A DNA stretch of 63,251 bases, counting the filler, from Octopus bimaculoides (taxonomy: Eukaryota), in assembly GCF_001194135.2 (NCBI RefSeq). It is 5 parts of 5 records of this genome, joined end to end, with 100 filler letters (N's around TTAATTAATTAA, not from the genome) between each part and the next. Parts side by side here need not be neighbours in the genome. Positions count along the whole stretch, not along the records: positions 43,836 to 58,370 come from NC_068981.1; positions 58,471 to 63,251 come from NC_068982.1; 3 more parts are not named here. One strand, given 5' to 3'. Shown piece by piece: positions 49,622 to 62,468 of the stretch. The stretch's first letter is position 1, and each line of letters begins with the position of its first letter. The position numbers and the translations under genes were made by a program. The notes beneath the pieces were generated by a model, which worked only from the letters and a program-made list of their open reading frames with translations, had not been told where the DNA came from and made no database searches.

Positions 49622-52362
49622 NNNNNNNNNNNNNNNNNNNNNNNNNNNNNNNNNNNNNNNNNNNNNNNNNNNNNNNNNNNNNNNNNNNNNNNNNNNNNNN
49701 NNNNNNNNNNNNNNNNNNNNNNNNNNNNNNNNNNNNNNNNNNNNNNNNNNNNNNNNNNNNNNNNNNNNNNNNNNNNNNNNNNNNNNNNNNNNNNNNNNNN
49801 NNNNNNNNNNNNNNNNNNNNNNNNNNNNNNNNNNNNNNNNNNNNNNNNNNNNNNNNNNNNNNNNNNNNNNNNNNNNNNNNNNNNNNNNNNNNNNNNNNNN
49901 NNNNNNNNNNNNNNNATTAGACCGAATGAGATAACAAATCCAAGGCTGTGAGGAGTTTTCAGGAAATTTATAATGAAATAGTCTTACAGCTGTTTCTAGT
50001 ATATTATGGATATCCCTTTATCAGAGATGGTGTGAGAAAATATGTAAGTTCGAATTATTGTGGAAAACATAGGGAATATATAGGGAAATAATAAAATTTA
50101 TACTTTCATTCTCTTATTTGTCTATATATTCTTTAGTGATCCTATCAAATTATGTTTTGTTGCTATATCTTAATACATCGTTATTGGGGTCCCCGTTGGC
50201 TGATTTCCTTCATCCTGGTGGTTGAGATATCGCTACTTTCATATGGTGGTAACAACCATGCATTATGGAAAGTAGCTGAGGTTTAACATATTATAGCTAC
50301 AATTCCAATAATATTCTTCTGCCTCAAATGTTTCTCTGTCATCTATAGTACTCTAGAAGCAATTTATATCCAATCTGTGCAAAATCAATGCCAGCTTCCA
50401 ATATTTTGGCACATCGTTCATTTTTGAGTTTTGAAAAGAATTCAAATTTTTCTCTTTGTTTTCATAACTTTGAATCGAAATAAATTGTTATTAATTGAGA
50501 AACAATTACTTTCATTAGAATGGTTCGCATAAGATTTATTTGTATCTTTTGGAAACTAAGAGCATATAAGAATTGTGGCATGCAAAAATATTGTAATCAT
50601 AATTATGGAAAAATCTCGTTTTATTCTTTCCTTTTAAGAACTTACATGTATTTCAACTAATTTGTGTACATTGAGTGATAAATCTTTTCAGTTGTCATAG
50701 GCCAATGTATTTGTTTGCTTTCTTCACCAAATTCGTCTTACTCTAAATAAAGGCCATGAATTTTAGCATGAATATATTTCGTTATAATTATTTCGCTTTT
50801 TCTTTATTTGAATTCATTTTTTTAGTTTCCTCTTTCTCTTAGTCTATTATAGATCTTCCTCTAATTTAGTTGAAAGAAAATTAGATTTATTTTCGTTTTC
50901 AGTGAGTTCCTACACTTATATTTTATCGTTTTGTTCTAAAAATTATGGTAATGCCAGCATGAACATTTCTGTGTTACTCTTTGTAACATTTCGACACTGT
51001 GCTTATTAAATTTCATATTCTTAATTAAATTTTCATGCTTTTCTTCGTTTCTTCTATGCTGCATGTGGATATAGGAAAACTTCAACAGCAGTGATCGCAG
51101 ATATATGATAGCGGAAACGCCATTTGTTGTCTTACGTGTGAAACATTTGACAATTGTGTTATAATGAATGTTGTGTTTGAAATTCTAATTTTAGAATTAT
51201 CAATTCTTTATAAAAAATTAAAAACACTTCGGTCTGCTGTTTAAGACTGTTTATAAACCTTATTGGTTATCTTATTTTCAAGTTGCATCCCCAACCAAAT
51301 ACCACTTACACAACTGAATTGCGTTCAAGCGCGTGTATTGTATGTAAGCATGCTTAAGGGACACTACATCCCTTTAATCGCCCGCGATGCATCTAATTCT
51401 TACATTTTCATCCACACATAAACTTCTCTTCGTTTCCGAATACCATCTAAGATCAGTGCCCAGCAGATCCAAAGGTGAATTACACTTCGCTAGATGTAAT
51501 TACGACTAAGATCTACATAATTTGCGATTAGTCGAACAAAGCTGCATGTTTCAATTACCACTGTATGTGATTGAATGTAATCTCTGATTGTCTTATCTTT
51601 GTGACTTCAATAAAGTGTTATGTGATGAACGACATCCGCATTATTAACAAAAAGTATTTCATATGAATAAATAACTACACACAGACACACACATATANNN
51701 NNNNNNNNNNNNNNNNNNNNNNNNNNNNNNNNNNNNNNNNNNNNNNNNNNNNNNNNNNNNNNNNNNNNNNNNNNNNNATATATATATATATATATATGGA
51801 ATAAAGAAGCAGCGATGTACATGCACGGCCTAATCGAAATAGTAGTCTCCAGTTTCATTCTCTCACAAGTGGCATTCTTTAAAAAGAACATCAGACACAT
51901 ACACTCTATATATAACAGGGTGATCGAGGATGGAATACTATGACCATAAATATAATGGATCACATCTGACCAGGAGATGAACAAGAAAAACAACCACTGC
52001 ATGTATATTTACACATATTTTCTTACAATTCTTCGAATGTTAACAAATTTCAGCTATCAATCTGTTATACATATTTAGTGAGTTCAAGCCTGGTTAAATT
52101 TCTGTTCGTAGTTTAGAAAATTTTAGTAATGTCATTCACAGGCAATATATGCCTTCAAGAGACGTGATTCGATTTGCGAAGTCTAGCAGACCAGTATCAT
52201 CATATCCAAACCTACTACATCTAAGAGGAATTTAAACATTACACAACTTAAATTTTAGCACAGAAATGGTAGATACGATCACAGCTGTTCTAGGGACACA
52301 CAGAACATTTTTTTTTTAAACCAGAGTACTTGAATTATTATAGCATCTGAACATAAAAGCCC

Positions 52363-53066
52363 TGAACATTTTAGGCAACGGAATGATCTCGTTGGTTTTC
52401 GTAGAATAGCTAGTAACATTTCCAGCATTTTGAGATCCTAATTAAATGCTTGTGTTATATTCTCTAAATATTTGCTATGCCCAAGAGGAAATGGAACGCA
52501 GGAAAACTTTCAAGTTAACTAAATGTCAAAAGGCGGTGTAAATGTACATGCTTCCGTATACGGAAAAGTGTTTCAATCTGCTCTGAGAATTTCAGGTATT
52601 TCGATTTTAATTCATTAATTGTGTTCTCGGATGAAACCAGATCAAAACAGATCGCAAAAGTGAAATGGAGGAGTTCACAATTATATAACTCGTTTATTTT
52701 AGGAAGTTTATCAAAGCAAATAGGGGTCTAAATCATAATTTAAATTAAAAAGCGACTGACAATGGAAGCCATAATTCTGAAGACCAAATTATAGTTGCGT
52801 ACTGATGTCAGTATATTCATCGGCAAGCAGGCCAAGGAAATTCTCAGAGTAGATTGAAACAATTTTCCGCATACGGAAGCATTTACATTTACATCGCCTT
52901 TTGACGTTCAGTTAATTTGAAAGTTTTCCTGCGATCCATTTCATCTTGAGCATAGCAAATATGTAGAGAATATTACACAAATATTTAATTAGTATCTCAA
53001 AATGCTGGATATGTTTCTAGGTATTCTACGAAAAGCAACGAGGACAATGCGTTGCTTAAAATGTTC
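52363..53066. mobile_element. Foldback/MITE with about 230-bp inverted arms
   Basis: 52363-52593 matches the reverse complement of 52837-53066 (roughly 85-90% by eye); about 245-bp spacer. Confidence 0.9.
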
Positions 53067-53751
53067 ACTTCTGTTGATGTTTTCCTATGACCACATACAG
53101 CAGAGAAGAAACGACAAAAAAAGCATCAAGCATTAACAACATGTTCGAATGTTAGAAAGAGTAACACAGAAATTTTCATGCAGGTACTACCATAATTTTT
53201 TGAACGAAACGATAAACTGTAACTCACTAAAAACGAAAATAAATGGGTGTGTGTGTGGGGTTGTTTCCTAACTTCCCCTACATCGTTTTATTGCTTTTGA
53301 GGAAACTTGACATGAGAGTAGATTTCATGTCTGGAAACCTCATGACATATTGAGATTGTAGAAAAAATCGATAAAAGTCCCCTGGAATGGATCCTTCTAT
53401 ATATCTAATATATTTTATTTTAAAAACCAAGGGAAACAATCTATTCACCCCTGGAAGGGATCCTTATATATAGCCAAGAGAAATAACCCATTCATTTTCC
53501 TAAGTTATTTGATAAAATGAAATTGAGCATGCTTATTTCTTAGTATTCGAACTGTTAGAGTTATTTTCGCAATTTACTAATTTGTGAAGACAAAATAAAA
53601 ATGCATGTTTTGATACAGGATCATTCAAAATTCTGACTGTCTCCTTTCTCTCCCTCTGTGTATGTGTGTGTGTGTGTNNNNNNNNNNNNNNNNNNNNNNN
53701 NNNNNNNNNNNNNNNNNNNNNNNNNNNNNNNNNNNNNNNNNNNNNNNNNNN

Positions 53752-53790
<39 letters not shown>

Positions 53791-55105
53791 GTGTGTGTGT
53801 GTGTGTTATTTATATGGTTCTTCATTGGTTATTTGACAAGATTTGTTACCGAACTCCATATTAATTTGTTGTGGATACTGCAACAAGACATATTTCCGGT
53901 ATCTTTGCAAACTAGGAGTTTTGAAGTGATTAATTAACCAGAAATAAGAATTGGAATTAACATTCTAGTAACTTATTGTGATAAACAGTGATTTTTGTTT
54001 TGGGTCAACATAAAATTTTCTGTTGAGCCAATATGAGTGGCGCATAGTTTCTTGTTACGCACCGAGAGATCCATAACCCACACACGCACATTAGTATTTA
54101 TATAAACATATATACAAATATCACCTTTTACTTCGATATGGAGAACCATTTAGTTAAATATGCACATACATATAAACATGCATAGCATAAACACATACAC
54201 ACAAAGATTATAAAAAAAAGCATGTTTAGGTATATGTTTATAACGATATATACACCGGTATATAACAACGAGTATTCACCTATACGAACGCACTGAAATA
54301 TGAATATGAATATGTGTTTGTATAAACTTGTACAAACTAGTATATTCTCATATACTGATTGATACGATAAATATTTACGCTTACACGCATACGAAATATA
54401 TAGACACACATACAAGCCCACTAATAATCCTGAGAATTCCATTTATCTATGCAGACAGAAAACACAAAGACATATATATTAACACACGCACATACACACA
54501 CTTATATAAATATGTGTATGCATGTGTGTGTATATGTTTGTGTGTAAGTGTTACATTTAGTATTTAATTACTAATTAATTTGAGAAATTCATCCTTAATG
54601 AATGAAGAAATGTTTAATCTCTTGTAGAAGTAGGTCTCTAGCATTCTGGGATTAATATCACTGTAAGAGACACACACGAGTTCATTTTTATCTTTTAAAT
54701 TATCCTGCTAATTATTATGAACATTTCTTTTCTCCATTCTTCTTCATCAGTTCCCATGTAAAATTTCAAGATGCCACACATAGTGAGCTACACACGCCGA
54801 GAACCTAGTAATATGAGAAAGTGTGATTTTCTCGATATTATTAGCAATGAATTAGCATCACCTGATAAAATAGTATTTCTTTGGCAACAATAAATCTAAT
54901 GATTGGTATTATGAGTGTATTGTGTTACTGGTGTCTACGTCTACCTATATAATTAACTTAAATGATTTTTTTTATAGACAGAAATAGCTAGAATGCTTAT
55001 AGGTAAAACAGTAGATACCATTTGGATATTTCTATTGTCAAAGTGGTAGGAATAGAAGTTTATGGAATACATCTAACTGCAAATGCTGGTGGAATTCTGG
55101 TTTAA

Positions 55106-55571
55106 GCACCCTATATAACCCGTTATAACTTTTCTATCTTATGTTTTTGAATTTGCAGAAGATTGATTCGAATTTGTGTTCTACTCACAGAAGTTAATAT
55201 GATTAGGCAAACACTACCGAAACAGAATCTGTGTGTGATTTAAGGGCTATTTAAATGATCACCAGATATCCTACTCGTTTGTTTGTCACTATTGATGTTA
55301 TTCAGTAAATTTTTCCCCATAAATACATTCAATGCTCTATTGTTGGAATTTAGGGAAAATATTCGTACGGTCTGTATCTTAAACACTGATTTAAAAAAAA
55401 AAAACGAAAAATAAGAAAAATAAAAACGATCAATAAAATTTCGAAAAACAAATTTCTTTTCATAATCGTACGAATTCCCTTTTGTACAACACAAACACGC
55501 AAAATATTCTGAACCAACCCTACCCAACCACAGCCCCCATGAAAAAAAAATATGGGGGTTATATAGGTTGC
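55106..55571. mobile_element. 466-bp MITE with 16-bp TIRs flanked by TTAA
   Basis: TTAA|GCACCCTATATAACCC..GGGTTATATAGGTTGC|TTAA (one mismatch). Confidence 0.65.
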
Positions 55572-55789
55572 TTAAAGAAGATTTCTGCTAAAATGTTATA
55601 AGTACTGAGTTGCACTTTATGAATTCTTAGTGCAATAGAAGGTTCTTATAGTTGTCATAGAGTATTTGTATCAAATTTAATTTTTGCATTGAACATATTT
55701 CATCTTTAACCAAAGTTCAATCATTTTACTTCATATAAAATGCATCTCACCTTATGGTAATTATGATATTCTTCTATTTAATAAAAATA

Positions 55790-56700
55790 CCTATAGTCAT
55801 TTTTGCCACGTACCAGAATTTGAAGAAACTCTATCTTATCAAATGGTTCAGCATGACTGGAACTTGACAGATATTCCTGGCAAGTTGATCGAGAATTTAG
55901 TTGTGGTTCTACAGGTTATAAAATCTCACTCTCTGTCTATATATATATATATAAATGGAACAAAAACGCAATAGAGGACAATAAAACATTCAGACAGATA
56001 GACGGTACAAAGGCGGACAATAGAACCAACAATTAGGACAGGCAAAAAAAAAAAAAAAGACGGGTCATTCGCGGCCTTCTTTCCTCAGTCAAGTACCAGA
56101 AGTCAGGTCCATTTCGGGCAGGATTCCCTTCAGTATTATCACATCTATTTTTATCAATTTCCAGTTACAAGTTCGTTAACTGCGGTTTCTTTTTGTAATA
56201 CGAGTAGAATGTGATTCCCAGAAGAATTTGTATTAACGTATCGTTAGGATTACTAAAAGGTTATTATTTACCGTTACCTCAAACTTAAGTAGTCCATGAA
56301 ATAAACTGCTGAGATTTAAGCGTTTTCAAATCTAAATTCATAAATAGTTTGATGAATTCATTCCTCACAGCTTATATTGCATCAACAGTCATACTTCAAA
56401 AATTTGATTGTATAGCATTATATATTCGAGACAGTCTCCTGCAGAGCACAATCTCAATGGACATAAGATTAACATTTAAAATCTTCTTTATTACCAAACC
56501 TCAGCCGTACAGATGATTCTTAACCTGGAGGAAGCTGCATTATATTTAGACATTTTCCAGCCATTCACCAATGATTCCTAAAATGTTTATCTTAATAATA
56601 TTTTAAATCATAAACTTATATTTATCCTCAGTGTGGAACCCTCTAACTGTGTTACATATCATTACAATGACGTATTAGCAGACATCAAGGATAGAATTTA
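55790..56700 (+). mobile_element. Possible CR1/L2 AP-endonuclease relic interrupted by another repeat (about 55940-56130)
   Basis: HDWNLTDIPGKLIENL and CIALYIRDSLL resemble ETWL..IP and GGVALYIRDSL motifs. Confidence 0.3.
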
Positions 56701-56929
56701 TTATACACAAAACAATATTAACATTCATGAAAGAAATATATGTTATAGTCTTTACTATAGTTTAATGTTTGTTGCAGTGATTCCAGTATGTTTTTAAAGT
56801 TTATACGACAGCGTTTTTCGTAGCACAATATACATCATATGATCGCTAATAAAAATAGCTTACATAGAGATACAGTTACTGCTATCCGTATTATCAGAAA
56901 ACTGTCCTTGACAATCAAGGAAAGCTGGT

Positions 56930-57490
56930 CTCGTCCAATGCAATTGCAGCAACACTACATGCTGAGTAAATAGTAATAACCCGCTATCCACATAATTCAT
57001 ACGGGGAATAAGATAAACCCTGAGCCAAACCAAAATGAAAACAAAATCATGCCTTCTCGTTGATATAACTGCCCCAATCGATATAAATGTATCTGTCAAG
57101 ACCTACAAAAACTGAGCTCGTATAGAGACCTTGAAATAGAAATTAGCAAAATGTGGAACTTGTAGACTAAAACAATACCTGTTGTCATAGGTTCCCTATG
57201 AATTATCGCAAAAGGGGATGACAGCTACCTAGCTCAAATACCAGGAAACTCTAAAATGGCAGAAATTCAAAAGATAGTGCTCATGGGAACTGCCCATATC
57301 CTACGTAATATATTGACTATGTAATCTCAAATTTTAAAACAAACGATTTTCTTATGGTTTCTTAAACATTCTGTAGAACAACACCATATACAAAACCAAA
57401 TATATGGCATCCTAGGCATAACACCAACATGAAATTCTAATTTGTTGTCGCTTAAGGTCTCTGGGTGAGACTTGCAGCCAACTTGTACAA
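56930..57490 (+). mobile_element. R4/Dong RLE 3' end and 3' UTR
   Basis: SCLLVDITAPIDINVSVKTYKKLSSYRDLEIEISKMWNL*TKTIPVVIGSL..IQKIVLMGTAHILR. Confidence 0.8.
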
Positions 57491-57512
57491 ATACAAAGCA
57501 AAAGTCAAACAC

Positions 57513-57810
57513 AGAAGAAGAAGAAGAAGAAGAAGAAGAAGAAGAAGAAGAAGAAGAAGAAGAAGAAGAAGAAGAAGAAGAAGAAGAAGAAGAAGAAGAA
57601 GAAGACGAAGAAGAAGAAGAAGATGCCCTAATGCAGTACCCGGCACTGGCTCTCATGGCTTCCGATCTTAACCGATTGGTATCATGTACAAGTTTTGTCT
57701 TGGTATAAAAGATAGGGTACATTAAATATTGTGCTCAATACCACAGACGTGCTTGCCAGTTGCTTGACTTTAACAAGTTGAGCATGCCCTTTAGTGGATG
57801 ACAATATTCT
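57513..57810 (-). mobile_element. Short interspersed repeat ending in a (TTC)n tail
   Basis: Body ends GCCATGAGAGCCAGTGCCGGGTACTGCATTAGGGCATC, then (TTC)n (the plus-strand GAA run). Confidence 0.55.
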
Positions 57811-58086
57811 GAAACAAAACTTATTCTGGAACCATTTGAGCGAGATGGGCTACTCAACCTGAAGAAAACTGTAATTTTCGCCCCAGGAAACTCTAAAATG
57901 GCAGAAATTCAAAAGATAGTGCTCATGGGAACTGCCCATATCCTACGTAATATATTGACTATGTAATCTCAAATTTTAAAACAAACAATTTTCTTATGGT
58001 TTCTTAAACATTCTCTAGGAATATATATTCCTATATATATTCCTATATTCTTTAAGATAACCCCTCTCTCTCAAATATCGTGCACC

Positions 58087-58370
58087 ATGGATACCAGAGG
58101 ACGAGACTTTGTACAGCGCCAAGTTGAGGCCAACAAGAAGATGAAGATGCGCCGAAACTGGCAGCTGGAAGAAGTTCGTCTTCTTATACACGCATGGAAC
58201 TTGGCCAAAGGATCACCAGCAAATGATCTAATAGCCGAAAGCCTGGATAGGTACAATTTCCACAGGTCAATGGCCCAAATTGATCGAAAGAAACTGGAGC
58301 TCATTCGCTCCTACGAGCTCGTGAAACCGCACCTTGACCTCCTAGAAGGCATTATGAGAGACACGGACAC
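58087..58370 (+). CDS. ORF with a trihelix / Myb-SANT-like DNA-binding domain, running into a gap
   Basis: RRNWQLEEVRLLIHAW..IAESLDRYNFHRSMAQIDRKKLELIRSY fits W..EE..LI.AW..IA..L...F.RS..Q...K...L...Y; uninterrupted, GC-richer than flanks, context gcaccATGG. Confidence 0.6.
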
Positions 58371-59194
58371 NNNNNNNNNNNNNNNNNNNNNNNNNNNNNN
58401 NNNNNNNNNNNNNNTTAATTAATTAANNNNNNNNNNNNNNNNNNNNNNNNNNNNNNNNNNNNNNNNNNNNTGTATGCATATAAATCTATATCTATATATA
58501 TATCTATACATATACGTGTACATATACATCTATAGGTATACATATACATCTCTCTCTCTCTCTCTCTCTGAAAGTATCTGTCATTACAGTATCGAAATGT
58601 GATTGTTTCCGTTAGTGGAATAACGTGTACATATACATACATCTCTCTCTCTCTTTTTCTCTCTTTCTCTCTCTCTGAAAGTATCTGTCATTACAGTATC
58701 GAAATGTGATTGTTTCAGTTAGTGGAATAGTTTCATTTTTAAAGTGAAAGTATTTGACATGAGTGTTTTTGTTTCACTTTTGACACGTAATACTTAAATA
58801 GTGGAGGAGATAGTTCAAAATTACAGAAAACAAAAGGGATGGATGTGTGTGTATGTTTATATATTCATGTTCGTGTAAGAAGAGGTACAAATCTGTGTGG
58901 CTGGATTTATTAAATCCTTTCACACAGAGAAAAGAACTAAAAGTAAGCATACCACTACAGAACTATGACATACTTAGATATGATAAGACACAGGAGCAGG
59001 CAACAAGTAGATTTACATGTGCATATCTTACCACCACCACACGTTTGCGTGTGTGCGTGCACGCGGGCACACACACACACACACACACATACTATGGACA
59101 TAGACACAAAACAAGAAATACCATAAGAATTTAAACCCCAGTGAAACATGTATACACTTCTACACTTATTTTCACCAATCAAAAAATAAAAAAA

Positions 59195-59228
<34 letters not shown>

Positions 59229-59408
59229 CGGAGATGGAATGTTGTCAGTGAACAGGTCGTGATTTTAAAGTGACAAAAATATTTTGACAAATTAAATTTA
59301 AATGTTGAGGTGAATCTAACAGTTTTTGTGTATTTTTAAATGGCTTATAAACACCTTTGCTGCAATTGTTTATACACACACACATGTGCGCACGCGCGCA
59401 CGCACACA

Positions 59409-60196
59409 CAGGGGCTGGAAAAATAATCATAATTTTGAAATATCTACAAAATCGACAAAAGTTTGTTTATTTTTATGTTTTTTGATTTAGTATTAGTGTT
59501 ACTTAATATGCTTAAATTGCTGTTTCTTTTCAGATATCATCAGAAAAAGGTAAAATGACTGATGTATTAGACTTTCAAAGAGGTCAAATAGTTAGTGCTT
59601 GTATGGCAGGCACTAGCATAATGAAAACAGCCAAAATGTTTGGTGTATCAAGAAGTACTGTCTCAAAAGTAGTGATAGCCTGGGAAAAAACCGCCTTGTC
59701 AAAACAAAACTCCGGAAGAAAACCAAAACTTTCAGATAGGGACTGTTGGATTCTTACCCAAATTGTTAGAAAGGATCACAAAAGTACAGCTCCCAAAATT
59801 ACTGCAGTACTTAATGACCACCTCAAGAACTCAGGAGGATAATGCACCAATTCACATTGCTAAAGTTGTTACTGAATAGCATAAGAAAACATTCTAGTGA
59901 AGTTGAACATCTTATCTGGCCACCACAGTCCCTAGATCTCAATATTATTGAACATTTATGGTGCATTTTAGAAAAACAAGTAAGGAGTCAATATCCTCCA
60001 CCATCATCACTACAAGAACTGGAGACTGTTTTAGCTGAAGAATGGACAAAAATTCCTTTGGAAACAATTCAAACTTTGTATGAGTCCATACCTCATAGAA
60101 TTCAAGCTGTAATTACTGCCAAAGACGGTCCTACCCCATGTTAAAATAAATTTGTTTGAAATATTAAGGTGTTTCCATTATTTTGTCTAACCCTTG
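59409..60196 (+). mobile_element. Internally deleted Tc1-like transposon
   Basis: HTH region (FQRGQIV..AKMFGVSRSTVSKV..SGRKPKLSDRD) joined to the C-terminal WPPQSLDLNIIEHLW..; ends CAGGGGCTGGAAAAATAAT / ATTATTTTGTCTAACCCTTG-TA. Confidence 0.9.
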
Positions 60197-60224
60197 TATA
60201 TATAATTACAAAAGTATATGCATA

Positions 60225-60830
60225 TTCTTTTATTCTTTTACTTGTTTCAGTCATCTGACTATGGCTATACTAGATCACTGCCTTGAAGGGTTTTAGTTGA
60301 ACAAATCAACCCCAGGATTTCTTTCTTTAAAATCTAGTATTTATTCTATGAATCTCTTTTCCCAAACTGCTAAGTTACGGGGATGTAAACACAGACACAA
60401 AGAAACACACACACATACATACATACACACACACACCCACACACATATATGATGGGCTTCTTACAGTTACTTATTTCTTTATTGCCCACGAGGGGCTAAA
60501 CATAGAGGGAACAAACAAGGACAGACAAAGAGAATAAGTCGATTACATCGATCCCAGTGCATAACTGGTACTTAATTTATCGACCTCAAAAGGATGAAAG
60601 GCAATGTCGACCTCAGCAGAATTTGAACTCAGAACATAAAGACAGACGAAATATGTGCTAACGTTTCTGCCAGCTCGCCGCCTTGGGCTTCTTACAGTTT
60701 CTGTCTACCAAATCCACTCCCAAGGCTTTGGTCAGCCTGAGGCTATAGTAGAAGGTGCTATACAGTGGGAGTGAACCTGGAACCATGTGGTTGGGGAGCA
60801 AGCTCCTTACCACACAGCCATGCCTGCTCC
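60225..60830 (-). mobile_element. SINE family A with nested family B (60469-60683) and a 16-bp TSD
   Basis: TGGGCTTCTTACAGTT duplicated at 60453-60468 and 60684-60699. Confidence 0.9.
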
Positions 60831-61153
60831 AAAATATATGAATTCACAGAATGTTAACAAACTAAGATGGTGAGTGGCATTACATTAAATATGTTCAAAA
60901 AGCACGCACAAAAATATAGAAGCACAAACAAATGGAAAACACACACAAAATATCACCAAATCCTCATTAATTATTGTCCAAAGGATTGCACCAATTTCAT
61001 GCCTTTACTGATAATATTGATTCCCCTTTGGTGGTGTCAGCAATGAGAAGCCACTAGTAAATGGTTAGCAAATGAACAAGGGACCTAACGAAACAGAAAA
61101 TGAACATACAAACAAATAAATATGCAATATACAGTATACGTTCTGCAAATGAT

Positions 61154-61186
<33 letters not shown>

Positions 61187-61194
61187 CATATACA

Positions 61195-61600
61195 TAGGTG
61201 CAGGTTTGGCTGTGTGATTAAGTAACTTAATTTGCAATCACATGGCTTCAAGTTCATTTCCACTACATGGCTATCTTGGTCAAGTATCTTCTACTATACC
61301 AGCTGGATTGACCAATGCACTGTGAATGAATGTAGTGTTCAGAAACTGTGGAAATCCATCATAAATATATATATCTATCTATATGTATATATATATTTGT
61401 GTGTGTCTTTCAACCTGACTTTAATCCCTCCCCCACTTAACAACTGGTTTTGGTTTGTTAATGTCCCCACAGTATAGCATATTCGTTTGGCAAAAGAAAC
61501 TGACAGAATAAGTACCAAACTTGAAAAATAAATAGTGGTTCAACTAAAACCTTTCAATGCAGTACTCTAGCATGACCACAGTCCAGTGAATGAAACAAGT
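61195..61600 (+). mobile_element. SINE family A, diverged, full span
   Basis: TGGCTGTGTGATTAAG head; tail GCATGACCACAGTCCAGTGAATGAAACAAG. Confidence 0.7.
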
Positions 61601-61860
61601 AAAAGATATGTATGTGCACACATACAAACATATACTCACACACATGCATATCTAAATACATACATACATATATACATGAACTCATTTGCATACAGCCAAT
61701 CAGAGCTCAAGTATCAAACTAGTGTCCATCTAGTCACGAAAATACTCTGGTTGAGTTCAGTGGAAAATGTGTGTTATAGCAAAATCTAACTGTTCTAAAC
61801 AGATTAATAGGGGTGACAAATGGGAAATGTTGTGTGTAAAGTGAATGGAGAGCTGCTCAC

Positions 61861-61897
61861 CAATGATGCCATAAGTGTTGCCAATTTGCATAATTTA
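61861..61897 (-). CDS. Candidate 37-nt exon, unidentified
   Basis: Acceptor catttacattttctAG and donor TTG|GTGAGC; open as KLCKLATLMASL or NYANWQHLWHH. Confidence 0.3.
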
Positions 61898-62421
61898 CTA
61901 GAAAATGTAAATGAGTGTAGTTTCCTAATTTTTTGACTGATTTTGTACATTCCTAATTTAAAATGTTGGTGTTGACCTGGAAACATAATCAATATGGTGT
62001 TGTGTCGTATTGCACCCTCCTTGTATATGTCAATGGGTACATGCAGTATCACTAATCTCAGCTTCATATAGAGACGGTGCTCAATTGATCTATAAGGATG
62101 GTGGGCGGGGGGATGTGGTGCTGTACTCACAGAGTAACATACACCATTCTATACCTAACTGGCTGTACTGTAGTAGTACACAGTATGTGGATTTTCAAGC
62201 TGAGCTCTGATTGCCTGTATGCAAATGAGTTCCTTACTGGGGTCCGGAACTCTCGTGGGAAAAAATTTTTCGAGCCCTAGACATCCCATGAATAAGCTGA
62301 AGAGCCAACAAGAACAATGTATAGGCTACTGAGAAAGCATCTTGATGGATACTAAATATTGGTTCTGCTAAATATTAATAAAAAATACATAAACACACAT
62401 ACACACACATACATCCACACA

Positions 62422-62468
<47 letters not shown>

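Noticed and set aside
56040-56110. Minus-strand CTGAGGA..GAATGACCCGTC hammerhead-like string
   Set aside because: No credible stem II or stem I, and no GAAA in this copy.
57240-58015. Repeat of the R4 3' segment (57240-57375 versus 57885-58015) and the 60-bp duplication at 58561/58670
   Set aside because: Local duplications of TE or low-complexity DNA near gaps; no functional pattern.
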